DNA of 64,000 bases from Azolla caroliniana (Eukaryota > Plantae > Polypodiophyta): NCBI GenBank assembly GCA_043228905.1, contig JBHGNT010000018.1:1426001-1490000 (forward strand), written 5' to 3'. A model generated the notes under the pieces. That model was not told the origin of the DNA. It worked only from the letters and a program-made list of their open reading frames with translations, and ran no database searches. A program made the translations under genes and the position numbers. Within the stretch, counting starts at the first letter, position 1, and each line of letters begins with the position of its first letter. Shown one piece after another: positions 12,706 through 25,583 of this stretch.

Positions 12706-14419
12706 ATTTCTATTCCAAGTACGCGCATTTGAGGTAGATTCTAAATTGTGATTTGGACCATAGTTCATTATCGGTCGATCCGGACATGACATGGGCAACG
12801 GGAGGAGGTGGTTTTCTATGAGAATGTGTCGAACATCTCTCATGGTCGGTCGACACTCTGCATCCGGGTGGCAACAGTTGAGTACCACATGTATCACCCC
12901 TTTCCACATCATCATCACCTTCTCAAACTCATCATGTATGCCATGGGCATCAAATTGCAAAATGCCAAGGTCAAGTGAATCCATGAGATTGTCATTCTTA
13001 TGAAGTGTCCACACCCAATCCAATAAGTTTACCTCTTCTGGGCTAAGTCTGAAATCAAGTACAGGCCTACCACATGCAATCTTACACATCGGCTTTTTCT
13101 ATAGCTCACCCCATGTACACTAGCCCAGATGCCATGTATCCCATGGTGCTCGCGGTTGTTGTGGTAGCCCATATCTTGTCATGCGACACTAGCCTTGCGA
13201 GACCAAAGTCCCCCCAGCATTGGTTCCCTAGGCCAATCTTTATTCAACAAAACATTGGTTGCCTTTATATCCCTATAGATCACACACTCCCCAAGACCTT
13301 CGTGTAGATATTCCAATGTTGTCACTACTCCTACAAGTATCTTCCGTCTCCGGTGCTCGTTAACACTATAGTCCCTTCCTGGATCACGTCCTTCGGGAAA
13401 AGTAGCTTCTCGAGGCTTCCATTGTCGGCATACTCATTAACCAACAATGTCAGTTCCCTTTCTCGTAGCACCAACCTCTCAACTGTAACAAATTGCGATG
13501 CCGAATGCTGCTTATGATTCTTACCTTCGATGCGAAAGATGCTTCCCCGCCTTCTTTCACATTCTCTTTCAGCTTCTTGATGGCCACTAGCTGCCAGGAT
13601 GTCGGCCATTCATCGGGCAATATTCCATTGTAGAGCTGGCTGTACCCCCCTTCTCCAAGTAACATTTTGTCACTGAAATTGTGGGTGGCTCTCTTCAACA
13701 CATTATAGCTAAATTGTTGGATGTCCGCACTCACCGCCTCATGTGCAGCATACAGTTCAGATTTCTTCAGCCTCAAGATGCAGCATAATGCTCCACCCCC
13801 ATTCTTGTAGATAATAGTAAATCCTATGATGAACATAAGGAAAACAATTGATAAAGAGATGCCCATTATCAAACCATAGTTCTTCTTCTTGGATCTGGAT
13901 GGTGGGCTATCATATGTGATGAAATGGCGTGAAGAATTGTCGGTCTCATAAGATGGTGTGTGGCTAGGGGCGATGTCGGTTAAGTCATCGTTGTCGAAGG
14001 TTGAGAAATACCATGAGTAGATAGCATAGCCAGAGGGCAGGTTATCATTTGGAAAATCGGTAGATCCGCTTGTTGCCGTGATACCCACCCACATGGATAT
14101 GTCACTAAACACACTAGGATCGATGGAAGCTTCCAATATGAGGAATTCAGCTGTGCGTTCCAGAGAATTAGCATACTCAGTCCTGTTCCCATACTATACC
14201 TCACCGCTGGGCACATTGGAGATGTCGAACATAGACAAGAAGTCGGTCAAGTTTGGACTAAAGGAGAGGTTGTAAGGACATGGCCATGGCCAAATGTGTA
14301 GAGGACAATCCGAGAAAGCAAATGTCGAAGAGGATAATGGCTGACTCGGACAACGCAGTCTGCAGTATCCATACTAGTAGCAGCATGAACCCAGCCATAT
14401 TACCAAGCTTGGATTGCAT
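12706..14419 (-). pseudogene. LecRK pseudogene (type D)
   Basis: Signal region MQSKLGNM..., most of the lectin domain deleted (junction ~14193), TM and kinase pieces in different frames, ~22-bp deletion after KADV, MITE at the C-terminus. Confidence 0.92.
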
Positions 14420-14661
14420 CCTCCATGGCCTTGATGATGTAGAGGGTAGTCTCACCATGATGACAGGCCATTACAAGTCTTTTGTTGTGGCACTAGGATG
14501 AAGAAGAAGAATAAGAAGAATAAGAAGGTGGCACTCTGCTCTACCCTATCCATGTTTGATACACTAAACATTCTTGATTGGGGGGGAGGCTGTCTTTGTG
14601 GTACTAGTGCAAACAAACATATACCATAGCCACCTCTTAATAAGAGTAGTGTGGTATATGT

Positions 14662-14779
14662 CCCATTGCTCCACAAACATGAGAAGATGAGAAAACCCTC
14701 CTTCAGATAGAGCCATGTCCAATTGCTCCACAAACATGAGAAGATGAGAAAACCCTCCTTCAGATAGAACCATGGCCCA
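14662..14779. repeat. ~58-bp tandem duplication
   Basis: ATTGCTCCACAAACATGAGAAGATGAGAAAACCCTCCTTCAGATAGA occurs twice in tandem. Confidence 0.85.
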
Positions 14780-16024
14780 CATACATATAGCTAGTAGCTT
14801 GCTGTATTGGTGGGGGGTAGGCCATATCTTCAATATGCCCCAACCCCAATAAACCCAACCAAGTCTTTACCCCCTTGGGTCGTGACTCGCACTCCACTCC
14901 AAAGTTCCCTTGGACCCACCTTTAGAGTTTAGTGACACATACGACAAATCTATCCCTTTTCTTTCGCATTCAGAACATGCTTCATTTGGCAAGTTCCCTC
15001 TAGTTTTTAGCATCTTTTTTGGTTGTACCTTCATATGAGGCGTGCTGATGCTTTCATTCAAATCCACCAAAACCTATCCTTTTTGTAGTCACAAATCCAC
15101 CAAACTCTATTCAAATTCTTCATTATTTCTTTTCTATCAAGGCGTTACTAGTGCTTCTACTTAACTACTTTCATTTTGATATTTTTGGTACGACTTTACA
15201 ATGACAAAAGTTGAACGTTCAGGAAGTCAACCATAGATATAATAAAAAGAGAAATTGTCGAGTCTACAAGGCTTCTTAGATTGAAGGCGAACCAGATCTT
15301 CTACACATGACTTGGAGTCACAACATTTGGTTTTAGATGAAGACAATGCTTTGATTGGTACATTTGATGAGGAGGATGAGTCACCATTGTATATTAACTA
15401 TAGTAGTGATTCTTATGATAGGAATGATGACAATGATGCAAATAACTCTTGTATTTTTGGCATCAATGTATAACAAATCTAAGCTTGTAAGAACTTGAAT
15501 GATATAAAGCTTAATTGTTTTTAAATCTATTGCTCCTTGTGAATATTATTAGTTTTTTAAACCTTCAGTTGTCAATTTTACTATAAAAAGCACAATTTAT
15601 GTTTTCGTATTTGGCATACATTACATATGTACATTAATGGCACATACATACATTCATTCATTCATACTAAACATAACATTCAAACATTCATGGTTTTTTC
15701 ATTTAGATTTTTGTTGCCTCCTCTGCTCTCCACATTGTCATCGTCGCTTCTTCTCACCTTGTTGCCTCTGTTCTCGTATTGCCGCCTTTGGTTTTGTTTT
15801 GCCACGCCTATTCTCGTTTTGTCGCCGCCGCCACCTCTCTCCTTGTTGTGCCACCTTTGCTCACCACTATCCTCTATTGGGGCAGCTACAACTATACAAA
15901 AATTTTACAGGTACACATTAAGAAGTAACACACCTACAAACATCATACATACATAATGCACACATACTTAACCAACACACGTAAATTTCTAGACATACAC
16001 ACATGTATGTATATATATATGTAA

Positions 16025-16801
16025 GGGAAAAGTACTAGGATACCCTTGGAAGTTCGTCTATTTACTAGAATGCCCCTAGAAGTTCCAAATTTACCAAAGT
16101 ACCCTATGTCCAAAAAATACACTTTATAAAGTAATTATACACTCAAATTTACAAGTCCTATTTACCAGAATACCCTTCAAACACAAATTTCTTTACTTAT
16201 GCGATTCTTTGGGTAAATAGGGCTTGATGTATTGAGCTCAACGCCACGCGTACATCTCTCATTGGATGGGACATGCCCATCACTACGTGTTCGCCTAACA
16301 CGCGATGGACAATCGAGCCTGTTGTCACCACGAGCCCGTCTACCGTTGCTTGTTGCATCGGACCTGGTGTCACCACGTGGATCAATGCGAACGATATCAG
16401 CAGGTGGGATGAAAAGGTCAAACGACAAGTTGGGCACGCCGAAAGCCACGTCATCGATGACCCACTCCTCCTGAAGCCGTGTTTTGGTATGACTCATTAC
16501 AACCTCGCCGAACCGAAGCAGGGTAGTTGTTGTCTGGCCTGAGTGTGCTACACTGATGTCGTCCATAGCTCGGTACTCTTCCACACTAGTGTCTATGTTG
16601 GTCCACATTAGTGTCTATGTCGCCTAAGTAAAGAAATTTGTGTCTGAAGGGTATTCTTGTAAATAGGGCTTGTAGATTTGCGTGTATAATTACTTTATAA
16701 AGTGTATTTTTTTGGACATAGGGGTAGTTTGGTAAATTTGGAACTTCCAGGGGCATTATGGTAAATAGATGAACTTCTAGGGGTATCCTGGTACTTTTTC
16801 C
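16025..16801. mobile_element. Pack-MULE (Mutator-like) with ~175-bp TIRs and a captured gene fragment
   Basis: Long imperfect TIRs starting GGGAAAAGTAC and ending GTACTTTTTCC; degenerate 9-bp TSD TATATGTAA/TAAATGAAA (7/9); GC-richer interior. Confidence 0.85.
16390..16600 (-). pseudogene. Captured C-terminal fragment of a DUF620-family plant gene
   Basis: EEYRAMDDISVAHSGQTTTTLLRFGEVVMSHTKTRLQEEWVIDDVAFGVPNLSFDLFIPPADI resembles the conserved DUF620 C-terminus (AHSG..RFGE..SHTKTR.EE.W.I..VAFNVPGLS.DCFIPP); recognised from memory, no search run. Confidence 0.8.
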
Positions 16802-16804
16802 TAA

Positions 16805-17920
16805 ATGAAATTAATAGAATACAATATGTACATATATGCACAAATACCTATATACAGTTACATACATACACATATAACACGTACATACAATACAATATGT
16901 ATACACATACATACAAACACATGGAATACAATACAATACATACATATGCACACATACATAAACACACACACATGTAGAATATATGTACATACCATAGTTC
17001 CTAATATTCGCGTACGTCCAATTTGGTGGACATATGCAATTGTTTGCATACATTCGCGTATGATACGCGACATTCGTTTGGATTATTTTTTTCCTTTTTG
17101 TTTTTTTTATGTTTTTTATTCTAATATTCATAATTCGTCGCGAACAGAAGTGACGTCTGACACACACACACACAAACACCCTCTCTCTCTCTCACGAGAA
17201 CTGACATATCTTCTATCTCTAAAGAATCCAGATACACACACATGGAATAGAGCCTCAAGGATTGACAGAGCTTCTCTCTCTCTCTCTCTCACGCATACAA
17301 ACAAAACACAACAATCTTTCTTTCTTTCTTTCTTTCTCTAGACATGTATGTACAATGTACATACAGAGACACCCCTCACACAGACAAAACCCACAACTCC
17401 TCTCTCTCTCTCTCTCTCTCTAGACATACACTCAACCATTGTCTCCTCACACAGGCAAAACAAGGCTTCTCTCTCTAGACCACACGCACACTCTCTCTCA
17501 CACAGACACAATGTACACCATATGTATATATCTATGTATCGCGTATGGATTTCAATCATACTAGGAGCCTTTTCACGTATGAGTATGATACGAATATTGG
17601 CGTATGAGTATGGCACCAATGGGACGTATGGCTAGAACTATGGTACATACACTTATGAAAACAAATATATGTTGTATGGAACATACATACAAACATAATA
17701 CACATCACACATGCCATACATACAATATATACAATAAATGCAATTAATAAAATAAAATACAATATGTACATACATACACACATACCTATATACACATGCA
17801 ATACAATACATGCAATACCTATATACACTTGTATACACACATTCCATACATATAATACAATACAATATGCATACACACACATCACACATACACACATGTA
17901 TAGACTACATACATATATAT
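16805..17920. repeat. Low-complexity CA/TA-rich region hosting the hAT element
   Basis: Degenerate (CATA)n/(CA)n/(TC)n runs. Confidence 0.8.
16993..17642. mobile_element. Non-autonomous hAT-type element with 8-bp TSD GTACATAC
   Basis: TIR CATAGTTC...GAACTATG; perfect GTACATAC at 16985-16992 and 17643-17650; subterminal CGTATG motifs. Confidence 0.85.
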
Positions 17921-18143
17921 GATTTATGGTTATATGAAAAGTGATAGGTGATGTATTCTATCTATAGATCATGGATAAAGAATCTATCATTGAAGTATTT
18001 GAACATGAGAGGGATGATGATGATAAAACTTTGGGCATTGTCTTCATGGGAAGTTCTCAAGACTTTTAATGACACTACAAGTGGCAAGCTTCTATGTTTG
18101 TACTTTAATCCTTGTAGGGGTCCTTGAATATGTATTTCCTGAT

Positions 18144-19300
18144 GTTACATTCCTCATCAAGATTCTAACTTTTATGCTTGTTTGGATAAAAAGATCAACC
18201 TTTTGCCAATCTAGAAGATACTATTATTTTATTTTTGAATCCAAAGGAGAAGTTATTGTCTTTGGTGACATGAATGCTCATAGAAGAAGTTTCCAATTTG
18301 ATGTACAATTACAATCTTTCATGCCACATATCTCAAGGATGCAAGGGGATATAAAAATGTATCGTCACTCTCTAACGATGAAAAAGAATTAGAGAAATTT
18401 GGGAAGTTACTCCTACAAATGTGCAAGAATACCGGATTGTTTATTGTAAATGATGCATCTTTATGACCCAACACTAATGGTTTAACGTGTAGAAAATACA
18501 ACGGATAGAGTGTGATTGACTATGTGCTACTTTCCAAAGGTATTTTGGATCATATACATAAATCCTCACTTTGTGAATGGACATCGGAATCCGATCATAG
18601 GACTTTATGTATTGACCTCGAATGTATGCATAGGTTTGATTGTGAGAAGACCATTGAAGATAATAAACAATTGCACTTGAGCAAGAACCTTAAGCTAATG
18701 CCATGTATTCTAAGATGGTTGAGGATATGTTACAAATGACAGAGATACATCATGGTGCCACACTAGAATGGAAATGGAAGCTTTTAAGAAAGTCATTCTC
18801 TCATGCACAAACAATTGTTTTTTGAACAAGTAGACATCTTCGAAACGTACTAAGAAATGTCGTTCAAAGAAAAAATGGTTTGATATAGAATGCTATGAAG
18901 CTCGAAAGCGCCTTATGATTTTGGATATAGTTAAGGATAAAGAAAATTACCATTGCAAAAGCATTTGCATGAGTACAAAAATGCTTATTCAAAGAAAGAG
19001 AAGAATATGGGAAGTTACTCAATAATTTCTCCAAACGTAAGAGAAAGCACATGCACGATCTAAATTTGGGGAAATCCAAAGGGGAAATGTTTTGAGAGTT
19101 ACGGTGACTTAACTCTTCTTGACTTGTTTATGCATTGTAAGAATTTATATGAGCTATTTATTGTCGAAAAGATGAATCTGTGTTATGGTTCTCTTTCACA
19201 TATGTGTCCCTTTTTTACAATTGAAGATATATGCATAGGACTTAAATTGGCCTCTCAAAAGGCAAGTGGTTTTCAATGTATAAAGGTTGAAAAGCTAAAA
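18144..19300 (+). mobile_element. Degenerate LINE fragment (endonuclease to RT N-terminus), same family as 61135-63106
   Basis: EVIVFGDMNA, SVIDYVLLS, ESDHRTL, KKWFD; long nucleotide similarity to 61490-61614 plus 62621-63105. Confidence 0.85.
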
Positions 19301-20342
19301 ATACTCCTTCATTCTTCACTATGATCACATAGATGAAGATGTTGTTGGTGTGATAATGAGGGGGACCAACATCCACGCCTCATATGTCATGTCAATGGGT
19401 GATGGTTGGTCAACAATTCACTACCTTTCAAGACCAAACAATGGCAAAAAGCTCGCTAAGATCGTCAATTTGTCTATCTCTTTGACCAACCTAGTTTCTC
19501 ATGTACTATCTCAAACTTTTCTTGACTCAACTATTAAGCGAGTGTTGTGTCTCCATATTGACATATTCAAAACATTTTATTTTTTCATTTAAAAGTGTAT
19601 TAGTTTCGGCATTTTTAGTAAGGCTCATCTTGATGTTTAAGAATCTTTGAGCATCACATGTTGTGATTAAGAAATGTTGAAACTTGTCTAAGCCCTCGCC
19701 TATTGTTTTCTTAAGATGTTTTCATTTACCATTTCTTTTTCCTATAATTTATTGTCATCATCACTATCACTGGTTTCTTTTTCATTCATAATCAAACATT
19801 TATCATTCGTTCAATCATTCAACATCATGTAACTTACATATCATAGCATTAAGTTTACAATTTTTGCATCATTCCATGATCAAGTGTACAAACGCCAATA
19901 AGAGACATGAACAAGATGGCAAGACACTTTAGCCTAGAATGAATCAATTTTGCTTAGTAGAACAAAGAGTTGAGGAGAATTCACAACTAAACCCAACAAT
20001 GTTCTTAATGTGTTGATGGGAATCAAAGGAGAGCTATGAACCAAATTTGGATAGTAAATAGTAACAGTTTCGTCAAGGGACCCGTCAACAAATTATGATC
20101 ATATTAATTACATTACTATAAATTCATGAAAACACAAGTTATTATAAAGTGACCCTAAATGTCGGCCTATATGAAGAACCCCATTACTAAAATGCTCAAA
20201 CAAAAGAGAAGTACCAACTTTCATTCATCAATTGTACATTGTCATTAGATCAAATGGCAAACAAGTGGGATGATGGTGAGTCAATAATGACTTAGAAAAT
20301 GTTGTCATGAAGTAGAATGTGACCAATCCCAAATAAAAACAA

Positions 20343-22625
20343 TTACAAACTAGTGGAGAAACTAGAGGAGTTGCTATTCCAAGTAGGTGCATTTGAGGTA
20401 GATTCTGAAGTGTGTGGGGGACCATGGTTCAATATTGGTCGATCCGGGCGTGATAAGGGCAACGGTAGGAGATGGCCATCAATGAGAATATGTCGGACAT
20501 CTCTCATACTTGGCCGACACTCCGCTTCCGGGTGACAACAGTTTAGTGCCACATGAATGACCCCTCTCCACATCATCATCACTTTCTCAAACTCATCATT
20601 TATGCCATGGGCATCAAATTGCAACATGCCAGGGTCAAGTGAATCCATGAGATTGTCATTCATATGAAGGGACCACACCCAATCCAGCAAGTTCATCTTT
20701 TCCGGGCTGAGGCTGAAATCGAGTACACGCCTACCGCATGCAATCTCAAGGGCAAGGATGCCGAAACTGTACACGTCGGCTTTTTCCGTTGCTCGGCCCG
20801 TGTACACCAACTCGGGCGCCATGTATCCCATGGTGCCCGCAGCTGTCGTGGTCGCCCATATCTTCTCATGTGACACTAGTTTCGCGAGACCAAAGTCCCC
20901 GAGCATTGGTTCCCAATCTTTACTCAACAAAACATTGGCTGCCTTCACATCTCTATGGATCACACACCCCTCTAGACCTTCGTGTAGGTATTCCAATGCG
21001 GTCGCCACGCCCACCAGTATCTTCCATCTCCGCTCGCTCGTTAACACTACGGCCTCTCCCTCGATCTTATCCTTTGCATAAAGTAGCTTCTCGAGGCTAC
21101 CATTGTCGGCATACTCGTACACCAACAATGCCTTTCCTTTCTCGTAGCACCAGCCTCTCAACCGCAACAAATTGCGATGCCGAATGCTGCTTATGATCCT
21201 TACCTCCGATGCGAAAGATGCTTCCCCGCCTTCTTTCACATTCTCTTTCAGTTTCTTGATGGCCACTACCGGCCGGGATGTTGGACATTCATCATTGGGC
21301 AATATACCCTTGTAGACCTGGCTGTACCCACCTTCTCCAAGCAGCATTTTGTCACTGAAGTTGTGGGTGGCTCTTTTCAACACATTGTAGCTAAATTGCT
21401 GGATGTCCGCACTGGCTGCCTCATGTGCAGCATATAGTTCAGATTTCTTTGGCCTGAATATGTGGTGTAATACTCCACCACCATTCTTGTAAACAATGAT
21501 GGTAAATCCCATAATAACCATAAGCAAAAGAAGTGAAAAAGAGATGCCCAATATTAAGCCAAAATTACCCTTCTTGGAAACCGGTGGATGTGGATAATTG
21601 TTACCATTGTACGACTGCGACTCACTAGAAGAATTGTTGATCTGGGACGATGGCGAGTGGTTCGGAGAAATGTCGATCAACTCAGTCTCGTTGAAAGTAG
21701 AGAAATACCACGCGTAGATGGCGTAGCCGGAGGGCTTTGTACCAAGGTCCAAATCGTCAAGGGATCCACTTGTTGCCGTGATGCCCACCCACATGGATGT
21801 GTCATTAAACACACTAGGATCAATGGAAGCTTGTAAGATGAGGGATTTAGCTGTGCGTTCGAGAGAATTAACATACTCAGTCCTTCCCCCATAGTTCATC
21901 AGCCAAACCTGGACCATGTTTGTGGAGGCATTGAATGTGATCCAGGTTTGAAACCTGAAATCTCGATGCAAAGAGAGTTCATTGTTGTCTCCGGAAGTAT
22001 CCAATGTCTGGATAGATTGCAAGCTATTGATGTCAATTCCTATGTGACTAGAGCTCGGGTCGTCAAATTCGGGTGATTGCGCGATATCGAACTCGACTGC
22101 GAAGAAATTGTGACCAGGAGAGGTAGAATTGATGAAGGTGTCATTGGAGAGGCCAAGGTAGCTACCAGCACTGGCATGTGGGAATGCCTTGTCTTGTGCA
22201 ATGAAGAAGGCCATACCTTCTCCACTCAGATTGCTTTGGGTAATTATCTGGAAGGAGAAGGATGTGTCAAAAGAGACAATGGCACCCATATCGTCGAGAA
22301 ATCGTATGGGTTGTTTGGAAACTACACGAGTGGCGCTTCGACTGAGAGCAGGGCTTGTGTTAGGGTTTGGGATGAGCCACACGGTTTTGTCATTATCCAG
22401 GGTTGCGTTAGCTCCAGAATATCCCTCACCTCTGGGCACAATGGAGATGTCGAAATTAGAGAAGAAGTCGTTCGAACCTGGACCGAAGGAGATGTTGTGA
22501 GACATGGCCATGGCCATGGCCACACCATGTGTCGACGACGATGATGATCCGAGAGAGCAAATGCCGAAGAGTATCCATTGGATTTGTGACATGAACCAGA
22601 CCAGATTTCCAAGATTGAATTTCAT
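20343..22625 (-). CDS. L-type lectin receptor-like kinase, copy 2 (760 aa)
   Basis: Same architecture; identical to copy 1 except for the C-terminal ~115 codons. Confidence 0.95.
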   Translation of the reverse strand: MKFNLGNLVWFMSQIQWILFGICSLGSSSSSTHGVAMAMAMSHNISFGPGSNDFFSNFDISIVPRGEGYSGANATLDNDKTVWLIPNPNTSPALSRSATRVVSKQPIRFLDDMGAIVSFDTSFSFQIITQSNLSGEGMAFFIAQDKAFPHASAGSYLGLSNDTFINSTSPGHNFFAVEFDIAQSPEFDDPSSSHIGIDINSLQSIQTLDTSGDNNELSLHRDFRFQTWITFNASTNMVQVWLMNYGGRTEYVNSLERTAKSLILQASIDPSVFNDTSMWVGITATSGSLDDLDLGTKPSGYAIYAWYFSTFNETELIDISPNHSPSSQINNSSSESQSYNGNNYPHPPVSKKGNFGLILGISFSLLLLMVIMGFTIIVYKNGGGVLHHIFRPKKSELYAAHEAASADIQQFSYNVLKRATHNFSDKMLLGEGGYSQVYKGILPNDECPTSRPVVAIKKLKENVKEGGEASFASEVRIISSIRHRNLLRLRGWCYEKGKALLVYEYADNGSLEKLLYAKDKIEGEAVVLTSERRWKILVGVATALEYLHEGLEGCVIHRDVKAANVLLSKDWEPMLGDFGLAKLVSHEKIWATTTAAGTMGYMAPELVYTGRATEKADVYSFGILALEIACGRRVLDFSLSPEKMNLLDWVWSLHMNDNLMDSLDPGMLQFDAHGINDEFEKVMMMWRGVIHVALNCCHPEAECRPSMRDVRHILIDGHLLPLPLSRPDRPILNHGPPHTSESTSNAPTWNSNSSSFSTSL

Positions 22626-25386
22626 TGTATGTGGCTGCGCTGATCTAGAGGATCTATACTCTTTAGGATACAGTTGAGAAGAGTGATCTACAAGTATTTT
22701 TCCGTTTGTTATGTATGTCAATGTATTTCATACATAAAAGACACAATCAAACCCAATCAAGTCTTGAGTCTTCAGTCTTCAGTCTTCAGTCTTCAGTCTT
22801 GACCATTAACCCCAAATGGGTGGGGTCTGGTCTCACTGTAAAGTTCCCTTTGACTGAACTTTAAAGTTAACTGACACATACAACATGTTTATCTAGGTGT
22901 TTGCATTGACATAACATGTTTCAGTTGCATTGTCGTCTCCTTCTTATTTTCGTTACGAATTCGTAGGAATCGTAGTCCTTTCATTTCACGCATAGCCCTT
23001 TATTTGTCATTGTTCTACTTTGCCAAGATGTTGATTTCAGTTTTGTACTACTTTAGAAGCTTCTTTACTTTTTCAAAACCTTCTTGGACCAAAACTACCA
23101 TTTTTCCAGCATAGGTAAAAATATTAAATTTCGGCAAATGTTCTTATGCATCGAAGTTGCTGAAAGGAATGGAACTATCACTAACACAATTCTAAATCAA
23201 AGTAGCTTACATTAAGTATCAACGAGGCATATGTCCTAAAAACTTCTTTGACTATATAATACTGTTAAATACTCCAATACACTAGTAAAGAGAGTATTCG
23301 TAAACCTTAAGCTAAGATCCTAATATTCACATTTATAAAAATGACAACTGTAGATAGTGGAACATATTGAATTGCCACTAGGCAAGATGAACACTCTACC
23401 GAGGTCAAAATTTCGACTTGCTCCAATAAAGAAAATTGTCACATTAGTAATTCCTTCAACTTTCATAGAACAAAAGCATTGTGCATATCCCAATTATGAC
23501 GCAATCCCCAATACCTCAGAAATAAGTCTCTAAGTTAAGGCTACCTTACTACAATGAGCTTAAGTCATAAGTTCCACGATCAAGAACTTAAGCTCCCTTC
23601 TTGTATGTGTACGGTTAGCAAGAAAATACATATTACCTTTGTTATAAGTTTACATTTTGATTTATCGTTTCTTTGCTTTGTTAAGATTTACTTAAGATTT
23701 TCAAGTGTGAATTAAGTTATATTTATGCTAATCTTATTCCATATGTATATTAAGCTAAGAGACACAAGTATGATATGGAAGTTCATTTAGGTAAGTTGGG
23801 TTTCTTGACTAATATGCTTAAGGATAACCGATACCCCTCTACTACATATGTTTAATAGTAACTCACAACCGACACAAAAAAGTGTTTTAGTAGTCATACA
23901 ACACCACATTTTGGACAAAAGGATTCCTGAAGATACTTTTTCTTATAAACTACCACAAACAAGTGGGCCTTCCTCACATATATGCACTACAGTATTAATT
24001 ACAACTAGAAAATATTGTTTAGAAGTAAAATGTGACCAATCCAAAACCAAAAGGAATTTCTATTAACAATCCCGCGAAACTGCGGCTTAACGGTTTCAAT
24101 GGTTCGGTTTGGTTTGGTTCAGGTTTAGGTTTTTTAAAACGGTTTGGTTCGGTTTTAACGGTTTAACAGTTTTTTATTTTTTATTTTTTAAATTAAAAAA
24201 AAATTAAGAATTTGTAAAAAAAATTAAAAATTGTTTTAAAACAATCTTTTTATTTTTAGACCTTATTCTCACGTTTTAGGAACATCTTAAAAAAATTTAA
24301 TAATGTAATGTTATAAATTTAAAAAATTTTAAAATTTTGACTTATGTTGAAAACCGAAACTGAACCACGAAACCGCGGTTTTTATGGTTTGAAAAAAAAT
24401 TACTAGTTTGGTTTGGTTCAGGTTTTAAAAAATTAACGGTTCAATTTGGACCCTCTCAAACCGAACTAAACCATTGCCGATTGTTAATTTCTATTCCAAG
24501 TACGCGCATTTGAGGTAGATTCTAAATTGTGATTTGGACCATAGTTCATTATCGGTCGATCCGGACATGACATGGGCAACGGGAGGAGGTGGTTTTCTAT
24601 GAGAATGTGTCGAACATCTCTCATGGTCGGTCGACACTCTGCATCCGGGTGGCAACAGTTGAGTACCACATGTATCACCCCTTTCCACATCATCATCACC
24701 TTCTCAAACTCATCATGTATGCCATGGGCATCAAATTGCAAAATGCCAAGGTCAAGTGAATCCATGAGATTGTCATTCTTATGAAGTGTCCACACCCAAT
24801 CCAATAAGTTTACCTCTTCTGGGCTAAGTCTGAAATCAAGTACAGGCCTACCACATGCAATCTTACACATCGGCTTTTTCTATAGCTCACCCCATGTACA
24901 CTAGCCCAGATGCCATGTATCCCATGGTGCTCGCGGTTGTTGTGGTAGCCCATATCTTGTCATGCGACACTAGCCTTGCGAGACCAAAGTCCCCCCAGCA
25001 TTGGTTCCCTAGGCCAATCTTTATTCAACAAAACATTGGTTGCCTTTATATCCCTATAGATCACACACTCCCCAAGACCTTCGTGTAGATATTCCAATGT
25101 TGTCACTACTCCTACAAGTATCTTCCGTCTCCGGTGCTCGTTAACACTATAGTCCCTTCCTGGATCACGTCCTTCGGGAAAAGTAGCTTCTCGAGGCTTC
25201 CATTGTCGGCATACTCATTAACCAACAATGTCAGTTCCCTTTCTCGTAGCACCAACCTCTCAACTGTAACAAATTGCGATGCCGAATGCTGCTTATGATT
25301 CTTACCTTCGATGCGAAAGATGCTTCCCCGCCTTCTTTCACATTCTCTTTCAGCTTCTTGATGGCCACTAGCTGCCAGGATGTCGG
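20686..25386 (+). repeat. Direct duplication of 8905-13605 (offset 11,781 bp)
   Basis: Identical ORF translations in all frames; no differences seen by eye in intergenic DNA. Confidence 0.92.
24064..24486. mobile_element. Duplicate copy of the hAT-type MITE
   Basis: Same TIR and TSD as 12283-12705, inside the duplicated block. Confidence 0.85.
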
Positions 25387-25583
25387 ATGTTCATCGGGCA
25401 ATATACCCTTGTAGACCTGGCTGTACCCACCTTCTCCAAGCAGCATTTTGTCACTGAAGTTGTGGGTGGCTCTCTTCAACACATTGTAGATAAATTGCTG
25501 GATGTCCGCACTCACCGCCTCATGTGCAGCATATAGTTCAGATTTCTTTGGCCTGAATATGTGGTGTAATACTCCACCACCAT
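24487..25583 (-). pseudogene. Truncated chimeric LecRK pseudogene (type D kinase joined to a copy-3-type segment)
   Basis: Matches pseudogene D up to 25377, matches copy 3 over 25387-25583, then fuses to LTR sequence. Confidence 0.9.

Noticed and set aside
14860-15480. Possible transposase or gene relic with an acidic tail
   Set aside because: No motif or boundary could be supported from the sequence
16805-17897. Cys/Val/Tyr- or His/Thr-rich ORFs
   Set aside because: Translations of CA/TA microsatellite-like DNA
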